From Protoeuglena noctilucae (lineage: Eukaryota): DNA of 64,000 nucleotides. The notes under the pieces are model-generated. The model had not been told where the DNA came from, searched no databases, and worked only from the letters and a program-made list of their open reading frames with translations. The DNA lies in contig OY253684.1 in NCBI GenBank assembly GCA_958009085.1, positions 248,001 to 312,000 on the forward strand. Direction: 5' to 3'. Shown here piece after piece: positions 1 to 11,736 of this stretch (position 1 is its first letter; each line of letters starts with the position of its first letter). The translations under genes and the position numbers were made by a program.

Positions 1-347
1 CCACGCCACGCTCAGCGCGCCGGTGTTGCGGCTCTCATCCGGTCCGGCCCCCGTAGCAGTGAAAAACACAAAAAAGGGGCGAGAACCTTGTCAATCCAGC
101 CGCGTCGCTACTAAGGGGGTACAGATCGGAAGCATGCGATCAGTCGTGTGGAGGCGTTTCGGCGCACGGGTGACTCCCCAAGTGAAGCATGTTTCTGACT
201 GTCGGGGTTAAAAAGCGCTCGCCGGTCGCCGGGTCGGGGTCGTTGAGACCGCCGCCGATCCAGCAGAGCCGCCCCTTCACCCATCTTGCCCGCTAAACAG
301 GGCGTAGACCTTTCAAGAGTCGGCAGCACCCAGGAGACTGGGGCGGG

Positions 348-1645
348 ATGCCCAAAGCGAAAGCGGGCGCGCAGGGGGAGCACGAGGACGACTTTTACGC
401 CATCCTCCAGGTCGACCGGGACGCTGACCGGGTGCGTGTGGACAATCCTCGCTGAGAGAGAGAGAGCTCGCGCTGTGTGGCCGGCTGATGCCCGCACTCC
501 TTACCGCAGGACACGATTCGCAAAGCTTACCTGAGACTTGCGCTGGCGCTCCACCCCGACAAAAATTCCGGAGACGAACAGGCCAAGCAAAGGTTCCAGA
601 AACTCCAGGAGGTGTACCGTGTCCTGAGCAGTCCAGAATTGAGGAAGGCATACGATGACTTTGGCCCCAGCGCGGTCGACGCTTCAGGTGCAGCACCGTG
701 CGCAGTTGGCTTCATTGGCTCCAACTGCATCTCTGCATCCCACCCCTGTACGCGCTGGTGGCTCACCATGTGCCGTCGCACGTCTCCGCAGAGAGCGACT
801 TTGACGGCCTGGCCGCCTTCTTCAGGACTGCGTTCCGGCAGGTCAACGAGGCAGAGATCGAGTCCTTTGCCCAGGCGAGCGCTGAGACCTGGGAGCCGGC
901 GCCCGTAGAGGGGAAGGGACGCACGCAGCAGATCCGCGTCACATCATGCGTGTCCCGACGTCGCAGACGTACCGGGGCAGCGACGAGGAGCGCGGCGACC
1001 TGCTGCGCTTGTTTGAGGAGAAGGGCGGCGACATGGGCGAGGTGTTTGACTTCCTGATGCTCAGCAGGCCTGACGTGGACTCGCACCGGTTTGCCGATGC
1101 CATCGACGAGGCCATCGGCCAGGGCAAGGTCAAGTCTTATGCGCCATACAAGCGTTGGAGGCAGGTGGGCCGGCGCAACTTCGTTTGGCTGCCGTGCTTG
1201 CATAAGCCGAGCCAAGCCTGCCGAGCTTGGCCCGCTGTACGGCTCTGCAGAAGGTCGCCAAGACGCCGCGGCCAAAGAAGGACCCACTGGCGGCCCCCGA
1301 GTCGAGGGGAGAGGGGCCAAGCAAAGGGGGCGCGCTGGTCCACGCCATTCAACAGCGACGCGGAGAGCGGGAGCGGGCGTTCGACATGCTGCTTGCTAAG
1401 GTGACCACGCGAAGAAGCAGTCGGCTGATGCTCCACTGGCCCAGATGCAGAGCTACCAGTGGCGCGCCCCAAGCCCTCCGCAGTACGAGGGTGGGGGCCA
1501 ACCAAAGGGGGGCAAACGCAGTCGGAGGGAAAGGGAGCCGACGGAGGAGGAGTTCCAGGCGGCGCGGAGGGCGATGGAGGAGAGGGGCACGAACAGCAAG
1601 ATGGGGAAGGAGCAGAAGTCACGCGAGCCTAAGAGGAGGAAGTAA
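348..1645 (+). CDS. DnaJ (J-domain) protein, DNAJC9-like; multi-exon
   Basis: Spliced translation MPKAK...DDFYAILQVDRDADR|DTIRKAYLRLALALHPDKNSGDEQAKQRFQKLQEVYRVLS has the J-domain HPD motif. The downstream FAQ|TYRGSDEERGDLL...GDMGEVFDF and EPTEEEFQAA blocks are typical of DNAJC9/plant J6. Stop TAA at 1643-1645. Confidence 0.9.
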
Positions 1646-1671
1646 GTTAAACAGTGCTGCCCCCTTGCGCC

Positions 1672-3062
1672 TCAGTCCCGCTTGGCCACTGGCTCGAAAA
1701 AGTGCTTCCATGCCCCCCTGCGGGTAGAGGGATGCGGCTTGGCCGTGTTTGCCTGCCGGAGGGTTGGCCCAGGCCGACCCTGCCCGAGCCTGCCTGCACC
1801 TGAAGTAAATGGCGAAGGACCATGCGGAGAGCACCGCGGCCGCCCACAGCACGACGAAAGAGACCACGACGACCGCGTCCCTGCAAGGGGGCAGGGGCAT
1901 GGCAGTGGCGAATTCCGAGACCCCGACAAGGCGCAGCTTTCTGCACTCCTCTCCCTCACCTCCTGCCCGGGTCATGGAGCCCCAGCCGCCGGACAAACGC
2001 TTCGGCGGGGTCCCGCAGGTACAGGAGCGTCGTCATGGCCGTCATCTGCGCTTGCGGCAGCCAGCCCTCAGCGCCGCGGATTCAGCGCCGCTTGCCACCA
2101 CTCCCGCGGCTTCGTCACGCGCTCGCCTGGAAGGCCGTCTTCCACTTGCCGAAGGAGTTCACTTTCACGGCCTTGTGGGCCGCCTCCGAGGACGCTGCCG
2201 CCCACTCCCGCAGGGCCGACATGGTGATCTCGCGGCTGATCATGATGGCCACAGGGAGAGCCATGGCATGCACGGTGATCGGGCGCGGGGGGGATGTCGC
2301 CAGCAGGACGAGGGCCGTAGCCACCATCACCTTGTCCGCGACTGCAACGCAACGGCGGAGCGTGGGACATGCGACGTGTAAAGGACCGCGAACAGACATG
2401 CAAAGGACAAGGCACATCGATACCGACTTCGGGTGGGCCTCACCCGCGAGCGAGCACACCGCTCGCTCACCTGGGTCGAGGAAGGCGCCGAACTGGGAGA
2501 CGAGCCCCAGCATCCTGGCCAGCTGCCCGTCGGCCCAGTCGGTCAGGGACGCAAGCATGAAGGTCGTGGCGGCCAGGAACGAGTTCCACTCGCGGAGGCT
2601 GCGGGCGGGCGAAGGGCGGCGTCCTCACCGCATGCGACAGTTAGGTTGCACCCCCGGCTGAGGGAAAGCCTCGCCGCGGCCGCCGGCGCAACGTGCCGCG
2701 CGAGCAGGAGGCAGACATGCGCGCGTCTGACCTCGGCACGTCGTTCACGAAGAACCAGAAGAAAAAAGGCACCATCACTATGCGTGCGAACGTGAGGACG
2801 TTCGGGATGGTCCACACCGTCTGCGCAACCTCCTTCGGCCTCTGCGGCGCGACAGTTCGGATGTGTAGTGAGACTCGATGCTCAAAAAAGGCCTACGCGT
2901 CCTGTTGTCTGAGCACATGCGTGCGCAAGGGCCACGGACCTGTTCCTGCACGGACTTGGACCTCGCTGTCCTCCTGTAGTACTCGGATCGCCTATCTATC
3001 GTCGACGTCACATCCTCGTTCCCAAAGCCAACGAGAGGCACTCGCTCGGTTGCCGGCTGCAT
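1672..3062 (-). CDS. CDP-alcohol phosphatidyltransferase (phosphatidylglycerophosphate synthase-like); multi-exon
   Basis: Exons give WTIPNVLTFARIVMVPFF, ASLTDWADGQLARMLGLVSQFGAFLDP|VADKVMV (DG..AR...G...D...D motif), SREITMSALREWAA and VNSFGKWKTAFQ|M. 5' start is uncertain. Confidence 0.9.
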
Positions 3063-3457
3063 CCGTGCGCGGGGCACGACCGTCCTTGCCGGGGCGGTGC
3101 CCTAATTTGTGTTAAACGCGTCGTCCCAGGGTTTCAAGCTCCTCAGCGCATTGGCTTGATGAATACGAGTCTCCGTGGTCGCCCGATGCGCTGCTGAAGA
3201 GGGTGCGCGTCGAGCAGGGCACTGGCATCGCACGGAACTGGCGTCCGTTGTTAGCAGGCCCAGCCGCGCCCTTAATGGACACAGTGACTCCCGTGCGCCT
3301 CAATCAGCCACCTCGAATTCGCAGACGTCGCGAGAACCCGCAGCGCGGCCTGTGTGGTGCGGCCCAGCACAGTCTGAGCAGGGGCGGAACCACGCTGCGC
3401 GGCCCCGACACCGCCTTGATCAGCAGCAGAGCGCGTGCCCAAGCAGGAGGGATTAAC

Positions 3458-4985
3458 ATGGCTCCGGTATGCGGGGCGGGGCGCTGCAGGGATGACAGGG
3501 AGGAGGTGGCTCAGGAGGACGCGGACCTCGAGGTCGGGACCCGGACCCACGCGGCGCCGACAGCCGTCCCTGGCCCGTGCGCCTGTCACATTGCTCATTT
3601 CTCAAACGTCCTCCCCTCCGCAGAGTCCCGCCAAGCGGCTGAACATCAGGGGACTCGGGGGATTTGAATGCACGCCTGTGCGCACGCGCAACGGTGAGGC
3701 GGGGTTTGAGCCCTTCGACGGGAGCGAAAAATTCCTGCATCGGAGCGCCAGTGCACGATCTTTACCTCGCAGGGGCGGCCTACAAGCGCTACCAGACCAT
3801 CAAGCAGCAGCCCTTAACCGAGCGCAACGGCGATGCACACATGGAGGACGCGGTTCCCAGGCCTGTGGCCGAGCCGGCGGGGTGAGGTCGCCGGTCGCGC
3901 GTCGCCCCGGCATCCTCAACGTGCGCCTTGCCCGTGTTCATCGCCCATTCCGTCACCTGTCTTGCAGGGACCCTGCGGTCCCCATGCCTGCCCAAGAACC
4001 CGCATCCAAGCACGAGGACATCGCCCCCGTCGTGCTCCCGGACGGCCCAGAGCCGACCCAGGTCGAGATCCAGTACCTGGCGACCGAGGAGCTGACGCCC
4101 TTGGATGACCCGGCCTCTGCCGTCACGGCCCTCCCCGACCAGCTCGCTTCAGAGGACTGGGCACGAGCGTTCGACGCGCTGCTGACCCTGCGACGGCTCG
4201 CCGTCCACCACGCTGACGTGGCTGGGTGCGTGTCGACGACTGGGTGTTGTGACGGGGGCGCCGTCCCTGGGCAGGGCCGGTGTGATGACAACAGCCATCC
4301 CCATGCACGCAGGTCGTCCATGGAAAGCTGGTTGGCGCCTGTGATCCGGCTGGTCTGGTCCCCACGCTCCCAGCTGAGCAAGGCGGCGCTGCTGTGTGCC
4401 CGGGACCTGGCCGCAATCCTGGGAGCTGCCCCGTCGCACCTCGACGGAGGCGGGCTCGAGGACCCGTCCACCAGTCTGCTCCACCAGATCCTGCTCAAGG
4501 CCACGTCGACGGACAAGAAGTTTGTCGTGAAGGAGGCGGAGGCGACGCTGGGTGCCCTCGCGAGGGGACTGCCCCTGGAACAGGTGTGGACATGCACGCA
4601 GTGGGGTTGGGACGACTAACGCTTGCCGCCTCGTTCAAAGGTCCGAGAGTCGGCCACGGCTGGGGTTGGTTCTCGCAGACCGTCGAGCTGCTAGCGCCCT
4701 ACGCGGTGCGTCACAAGAACTTCAAGGTTCGCGGGAAGGCGGGCGCATGCATCGCTGCCGTGGTGGTGGAGGCAGCGGCCATCGACGACGGGTGCGTTGC
4801 GGCAGCGCCGCCCTCGTATCGCAGCCCCATGCAGCGCCATGCCGCATGACGCTGAGCCCCGTCTCGGGCGCGCTCGCAGACTCTTGGCCCGCTTGAGGGA
4901 GCTCGCGTCGTCCCTGATGAACGACAAGGTCCCCGAGGCAAGGGACGCCGCGCGGAAGATGGGCAGCAAGCTTGCCGGGCAATGA
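3458..4985 (+). CDS. ARM/HEAT-repeat protein with a TOG / CLASP N-terminal-like domain; multi-exon
   Basis: IQYLATEELTPLDDP...LASEDWARAFDALLTLRRLAVHH...SPRSQLSKAALLCARDL...LLHQILLKATSTDKKFVVKEAE...HKNFKVRGKA...LMNDKVPEARDAAR matches CLASP_N/TOG HEAT repeats. Confidence 0.8.
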
Positions 4986-5016
4986 GCTGCGCGAGGTTGG
5001 TGCATGGTTGGCCGCA

Positions 5017-8000
5017 TCACTGCCTCGGGTTGAACATGCGCTGGATGGCCTCGGGCTCGTAGTCCGTCTCAGCCAAGCTGGCGATGCGGGCGCTGGCCCG
5101 CACAGCTGCCCTACGTGAGGGCCGGAGGGCAGCCGGGCTGCGGGCAGAGGGTGGCGCCATCACAGCGGGCATTCGCCGGCAACGAGCAGAGGACGGGACA
5201 GCTCTGCAAGGGTAACTCGCCTGGCCTCCGGGGACGGCTGCGGGCCCCTCGTCAGGACCCTCTTGGCTCTCCGCCCCTGGGTCGCCACCGGTGCCGCGGT
5301 TCCCTGCGCATCCCCTCCTCCCTCATCGTTCTCTTGCACGGTCTCTGGAGCAGCGGACTTGCCACGACGCCCGCGCGCCCCCGCTGCGGCCGGCAGAGGC
5401 ATGGCCGCAGCCACGCTGACCTCCGCCTCCCGCCCCTGCACCTCCGCGGCCTGCGCCCGTGCCGTCCTCGTCCGTGTCCCAGCCGCCGCCTGCGCCTTCC
5501 GGTCCAGCGCGCTCAGAGCGCGGAGCTGGTTGCGCGCGTCGGAGCGCAGCGATCGGCGCGGGTTGGCCAGGAGAGCCTGCGACCCTCTCTCGTCCCCCGA
5601 CCCCGCCCGCTCCTCGTTGCCATCATCCCTTTCACTTGCGTCCTTCTCTTGATCAGCCCCAACCGACTCCTGCGGGCTGGCCTCCTCCGACTCGCTGGAT
5701 TTGGCAGCGGCAGCCCGCCCTCGCCCCCTGCCCCGCCCTTGCCCCCTCCCACGCCCTCGGCCCCTTCCCCGTCCCCTTCCCCGTCCCCGCCCCGCCGGCA
5801 CTCTGTCCGACATTTCCGCGTCCGTCTCGGAGTCCGAGTCGTCCGAATCAGACTCGGTCTTGTCGAGGGTGGTGTCAGAGGCGCCACGCCCTGACGTGGA
5901 CGGCACGCCCAAGCCGTCCGCCTCGCCTGCCTGCCTTCCATCGCCCGGGACCCCACATCCCGCCTCCATTTGCTGCGCCGGTGACGCCACTGTCCCCTGT
6001 CGGCCCCCCTTCGAGGCCAGGGCGCTACGGGCCACATCCAGCTCGGCGGCGATTGCGTCGCGTTGCGCGATCGCCTCCATCAAGGTCGCCTCCCGCGCCT
6101 GCAACATGACCCTCTGCAGCTCGTTCTGCTCCTTCAGCTCTTTCATCTGCTCCCTCAGCTTCTCCGACACCTTCCGCTCCTCCTCCACTTGCTCTTGCAG
6201 CCGCAACACCTGCCAGAGGGGTGCTGGGGCAGACGTCATAGTGCAGCCTCGCGCCCACGCTGGCCCCGCACCAAAGTGACCGCGACGTTAGCCCTCGACA
6301 AGCCAGATGGGCATGCCGGGGCGACTTGGCAGCTGTCCGCCCCCCCCTCACCGCAGGCAGCCCAGCTTCGTCCCGGCCCACAGACGCCCACATCTCGTCG
6401 GTCGCGTCGCAGGTGCGGGGGAGCTGCTCTGCAGTCGCGCCCACGGTAGGCGCGCGAGATCCGGAGCCCGGTCCGCAGGTCCCTGTGGCGCCTGGGCTCG
6501 CACGCGACCTGCAGTGGCAGCGAGCGGTGCAAGGATGCCCACCCGCACGTCGACGGGGGCAAGAAGGCCCCAGCGGGGCAGAGCCGAGAACCGCTTCACC
6601 TCAAGAACTGCAGCTCGTCCTGCAGATCCGCAATGAGCTCCCGTGCCTCCGCCAACTCCCTCTGAAGCGCCTGGACGGCGACAGGCGGGAGCCTGCAGGG
6701 CACGGGATTGCACGTGAATACGCCGCTGACAAGATGATGATTCCGAACACCCAGACAGTCCCCGTGACCCCGCCGCCCTCGCCTCTCCCCCTGCCGCGTG
6801 CGCCTCTGTCGCCCGCCGTTGGGCTTCTCGCTCGTGCCCTCCCCATCCCGCCCCACGCCCAAATCCACTCCCAGATCGTCCTCCAGCTCACGCAAGCGGC
6901 GCTCTGCGAGACGCAGAGGCGTTCAGTCTTCTCTACGCTCCCAGTTGTGCACTGCCACAGGCAGTCAGTTCCACCGATTTGTCCAGAGCCCTGGCTGCCT
7001 CACCCAGCCGCGCCTCGTACTCGTTTTCCATGTTCTCCAGCACCTCCCGCATCTCGTCCGCGACGCGACCCCGCACCTCAGCCTCGGCAGATGCCAGGTC
7101 GCGCTCCAGGGCCACCACCCGCTCCTGCAGCGGGCACGGGGCAAACTGTGACAGCCGCGGGCGGTGGCAAAAGCGCCAACGGCATGTTCTAGCACGCGCC
7201 GCCGCCCCTCGCCTGCAGGGCCCGGTTCTCCAAGTGCAGGTCCCCGCACTCCTCCTGCGCCGCCCGCAGCTGGTCACGCAGGTCGGCCTCGGCCACGCCT
7301 GCGTCCGCGTCCGTCGGAGCCGCGCGCTTCCGGCGCTCCCCCGCGCCTCGCCGGCTCGCCACCACCGCCTTGGCCACCGTGCAGCTCCCCTCCACTCTCC
7401 GTCGCTTGGTTGGCGGCTCCTCCTCTGGTGGCGGCTCCGGTGACCCCGCCTGTGGCACGGCAGGAGGCGACTCGTTGCAGCGACGACACGGCGCACGCGT
7501 CGCGCAGCTTTTCACCTCTCGCATCGGCCCTCACCAGCGTGGCTGCCATGTTGATCTTGCTGGCCAGCGCCGCGTACTTGAGCACGTGGGACGTCTCGTC
7601 GTACTCGGCGGGATGCGGGGACACACACGTGACAAGGGTGACGCGCCCCCACCCGTGGAGTACGTCTCGAAACAGGCGCGTGATCTTGGACTCCCTGCGG
7701 ACGGAGAGCGGCGGGCCTGGAGCTGCTCACAAGTTGGATGCCGCAGCGACTGCGCCACTGGGAAGCACGAGCGCCTGGAGACACGGACAGGCCGCGTGAG
7801 CTCACCGGTAGGGTATCATCACGGCTTGGCGGCGGTCTTTGTCCTTGCCAGCGTTCTGGCTCGCCCGCAGCGCCTGGAGGCAGCGCCCCAGCGTCATGAG
7901 CGACGAGTTGATGCTGATGGCCTCCTGCAGCCGCGTTCCCCTCGTCTGCGCCCTGCAGTCCACCCCAGGGAACAAAGCACGATCGCTGCGCACGCCTAGC

Positions 8001-9313
8001 GGCCGTGACGCTTCTCCAGCCCAGGCATGCACCCGTCCCAGCCCCGCGCACCGCGCGACACGCTCTGATCCCGCCAGGTCCACGAAGCTGAGCTTGCTGA
8101 GGCGCGCGCCGCCCGCGTCCACGAGCGTCACGGTGAAGACCGAGTGCGAGCGCGACGACTGGTAATTGAGCGCCGTCTCTGCCTTCCGTCGGCTGGCGCC
8201 CCCCTGCTGCACCACCCTCCGCGCCTGCTGCGGTGTGGTCACGTCGACCTCCGTCAGCCCCTGCACGTACACCCGGCCCTCCTTGTCCTCCTTCAACCTG
8301 CAAAGGCAACGAGCGTCTTGGCAGTGCCTCGGTTGGCGGCCAAATGACGCTGTGATGCCCCGGACCTATGAGCAACCCACGCACTTGAGCCTGGAAGGGA
8401 GGCCGTCTGCGTCCCGGCCCTTGGACAACAAGTCATACAGCTGGTCGTTGTACACCTCGTAGTTGGACACCACCACGCGCAGTCCCTGCTTGCTCTTCTC
8501 CATGGCCACCTGTGGGGGCAGGGGCCGGGGCGTCGGGGCAACCTGCGGCAGACGCAGAGGGTGCAGCGGGGTCAGACTCGGCGCGACGGCACTCACAGCG
8601 ATGAGGTCGAAGATGCGCTGCAGGGCGCGGGGCAGGATCCCCGGGGCTGCGTCGGTGCCCTCCACGGTGAAGGTCTTGCCGCTGGCCGTGACGCCGTACG
8701 CGAAGAGGACGAAGTGCCGGCCGCTGTGGGAGACGAAGTCGTCTATCAAGGGCCGGGCCGTCAAGTCAAAGAAGTCACCCTGCCCCACCTGCAGCGAGCG
8801 AGTGCGGCACAGCGTCGCAGCCGGGTTCATACGCCCGGCCCCGCAGTCGTTGGGCCACACAGGGCAGCGATCGTCACCTCTGACCCGCAGACGCAGGAGA
8901 AGTTGTGCTGGCTGCTGCGCTCGCCAGCCCTGTACCCGAGGGACGTCTCGGGGGCACGCATGGAGACTGGGGGACGGCGCAGGGGCAATGTATTGCTTGT
9001 CGGCATCCGAGGTCCAGAACATTCGTACATCACCCTGACCATGGCGCTGCTCACCGGTCTTGCTGTCCAGCGCCTCGATGCACGATGATGACGCCGTGTC
9101 GGGGAGGGGCCGGATGCGAAGCACCACCTGCCAGACCACGCGAAACAGTGGTTCGCGCGATGCATGCTCGACGACGCCCAGTGCACTGCGCGGGCCACGA
9201 CTCGCCTGCATCCTCTGAAGCTCAACCTCGCTCGATTCCCGCGCTCCCGCGACGGCCCGCGCCTGGCTCTGAGGGGCTCCACGCCGGCCCTGCCGACTCT
9301 TCGCATTCGACAT
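5017..9313 (-). CDS. Kinesin-6 family (MKLP/KIF20-KIF23-like) motor with coiled coil and low-complexity tail; multi-exon
   Basis: VVLRIRP, P-loop [70 protein letters not shown] and YDETSHVLKYAALASKI. The last exon (...AIQRMFNPRQ*) is reached via a GC-AG intron at 5111-5220. Confidence 0.88.
5712..5795 (-). repeat. Coding (GR)n dipeptide repeat in the kinesin-6 tail
   Basis: Translation [26 protein letters not shown] in ORF 5160..6239. Confidence 0.8.
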
Positions 9314-10362
9314 CGCTTCCCTTTTGGCTTTCCGAGGAGGCCCAGTGCGCCCCGGGGAGCGGAGGACATGGCCTGCAGGCGGGCAGAAGGCACGATTTGA
9401 GGACCCCTGGCGCTGGGACCAGAGGCGCTGAATTCGCGCTTGACACGGCAACATTGGTTTCCAGCGCAGATCGTACCATCGGCTGCATCCTCGAGCGGGC
9501 CCAGCTCTGATTCCGCGCTGTCCTTGCGAACGGCCCGCTTCGCCTCTGGGGTGAACTCCAAGATCCTGGGGCAGCAGAAGGGCGGTCGCTTGCAGCCACG
9601 CTGACAAACACACGCGATCTCGAGCGGATGCAAGGCCCGCTGGTCGACATCTCACCGCGGCCTCAGCTCGGATAGACGGCCCATTGGGCTAACACCGTCG
9701 ACGGGCACGTCCATGGCGACCCAACCAGGCCGCGGACCGCGCACGCGACGATGCCCCTCGTGATTGGGACGATCGGATGTCCTCGGAGATCAATGCGTCG
9801 CCCTCTCTCGGCGCACCGGGGGCCCCGTGCGTTCAAACCTGTGCGCATGCAACAACCTCGCCGTCCGGCCCCCATACGCCTGTTATTGTCGACCAAAAGG
9901 GCACATCGGCATTTCCAAAACGAAGTGGATGAGTGGGGGGGGGGTGCCGCCTGCTGGGACGCGCGGGATAGCCGGCATTTGCACTGGCTCACCTGAGAGG
10001 ATGACAGCGACGAGCGCCGAGGTGCCGGAAGCTAGCCGCAGCCCTCCCTTCGCAGGCATGATTGCGAGCAGAGTCCGTGGAGGATGGTTTCGGCAGCGGT
10101 CGCCGGGTCGGCGCCAGGCAGCTGGCGTGTCAGGAACACCTGCCCCAAAACGCGCGATGGCTGATGGCTGGCGCTATCCTGGGGCTAGCAACAGAAACAG
10201 GAAAGGAACAGCTCTCGTAAACACGCAATTGCAGCCGCAAGCGTCGAGAGGAAGGGAGCGTGCGACTTTGGCAGCCTTGCCGGCCGGCAGAAGCTGCACA
10301 ACAGGACTCTCAACACAGCGCGCGGGGAGGCGTGGTGACGAAAGCCATCTTACTTAGGAGGG

Positions 10363-11700
10363 ATGCTCAAACGAAGGTAGCTTGCCGCGGCTCGTCGTGC
10401 CCGCTTGCAGCCGCCTTCCCTGGCCGCGCTGACTGCAGCCCCCGCGCCTATTTTGGCAGGAACTGGCTGCTGGACCGGGGTGCGGACGCGGGCACCTCAT
10501 CAGACTCGGACTCGGACGCGGACGAGTCCTCGGGTGGCTCTGAGCCGAGGTGTGCCCTGGTCGTCATGCGAGCACGGTCCGGGGTGCGATGCCCATGATT
10601 CCTTACGTTCGCACCGCGTGCGCACCGGCAGGGTCTCGACGAGTGGGGACGGGAGCGACGCAGGGACCCCGGATGAGGACGCTGGGAGGGACGCTGAGAG
10701 CTCTGAAGACGAGGGGCGTCGTGAAGGCTCGTCTTCGGAGCAGGATGAGCTAGGGTCTGGTGATGACGTCGATTCCGAGGAGGATGATGACAGTGACGCA
10801 GCGGCCATGGAAGAGGTGTGTGATTGCGGGGACATGCCTGGCAGGCCTGATGGACTGTGGCGGCTGCGGCTGCGAGCTGCACAGACTGGTGTGCCGACGC
10901 AGGGCTTGTACGGGAAGCTCAAGGCGTGCGAGATGGTGCGCAACGCATGGTTGAACGACCAGGTGTGTCAGGGCGACGAGCACTGCGGTGGGGGAGGGGC
11001 ATGCGAAGGGCTGCTGTGGGACACGCTTTCCCCACTGTGGCGCGTAACATAACACCCGCAGGCAAGTGACCTTCCTGCCAAGTTCAAGAACAAGATCTTC
11101 AAGTGTCGGGTCTGCATGGGGGCCGTGGTGCTCAACCCCAAGTCCATGCGTGACCACGTGGCCAGCAAGCGACACAGGTGCCGCCCCTCACGGCTCCCAC
11201 GCCTCGCGGCTCGCTGCGTGGCGTGCCGATGACGCCCGCTCACCGACTCCCACCCCAGGAAAAACGTGAAGCGGTTCCCCTACTACCGGGACCCGGGCGA
11301 GCCACTGTTGTTTGCGGAGATGGTCACCGAGGACACCCTGGACCGATTCAAGGTGCGGCGTGGGACGTTGCGTGCGAGTGCTGTCAGGTGGGGGCTAGTG
11401 GCTGCTCTCAAACTGCCCGGCTGCCCCTTGCAGGCGGACAAGGAGCCCGTGGCTGGGAAGCGCCCAGCACACGGGTCCGACTCCGACGGTGAGGACGCGG
11501 CTGCCGGGGGGGATGGGCAGGAGAAGCCACGGAAGAAGGCCAAGCGCGCGAGGAAGGGGAAGCGGTGCGTGACGGCGTACCCCGCTCGCGCGGCCGGATC
11601 AGACGCCGCCGTTCAAGCAACGCCGCCCCGCACAACTCTGCTTCGCAGGCAGCGTATGGAGATGAAAGCCAAGCGAGAGGCGGCCAAAAAGGGGTCGTGA
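10363..11700 (+). CDS. Hypothetical protein: acidic D/E/S-rich N-terminus, C2H2-like zinc finger, basic C-terminus; multi-exon
   Basis: Exons encode SSDSDSDADESS, DDVDSEEDDDSD, FKCRVCMGAVVLNPKSMRDHVASKRH and KPRKKAKRARKGKR...KAKREAAKKGS*, joined by GT-AG introns. Confidence 0.65.
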
Positions 11701-11736
11701 CTCAACTACCAAGGTTGCACCTCGTGAGCCAGCCCG

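Noticed and set aside
454..466. (GA)n microsatellite
   Set aside because: Short, intronic and unremarkable.
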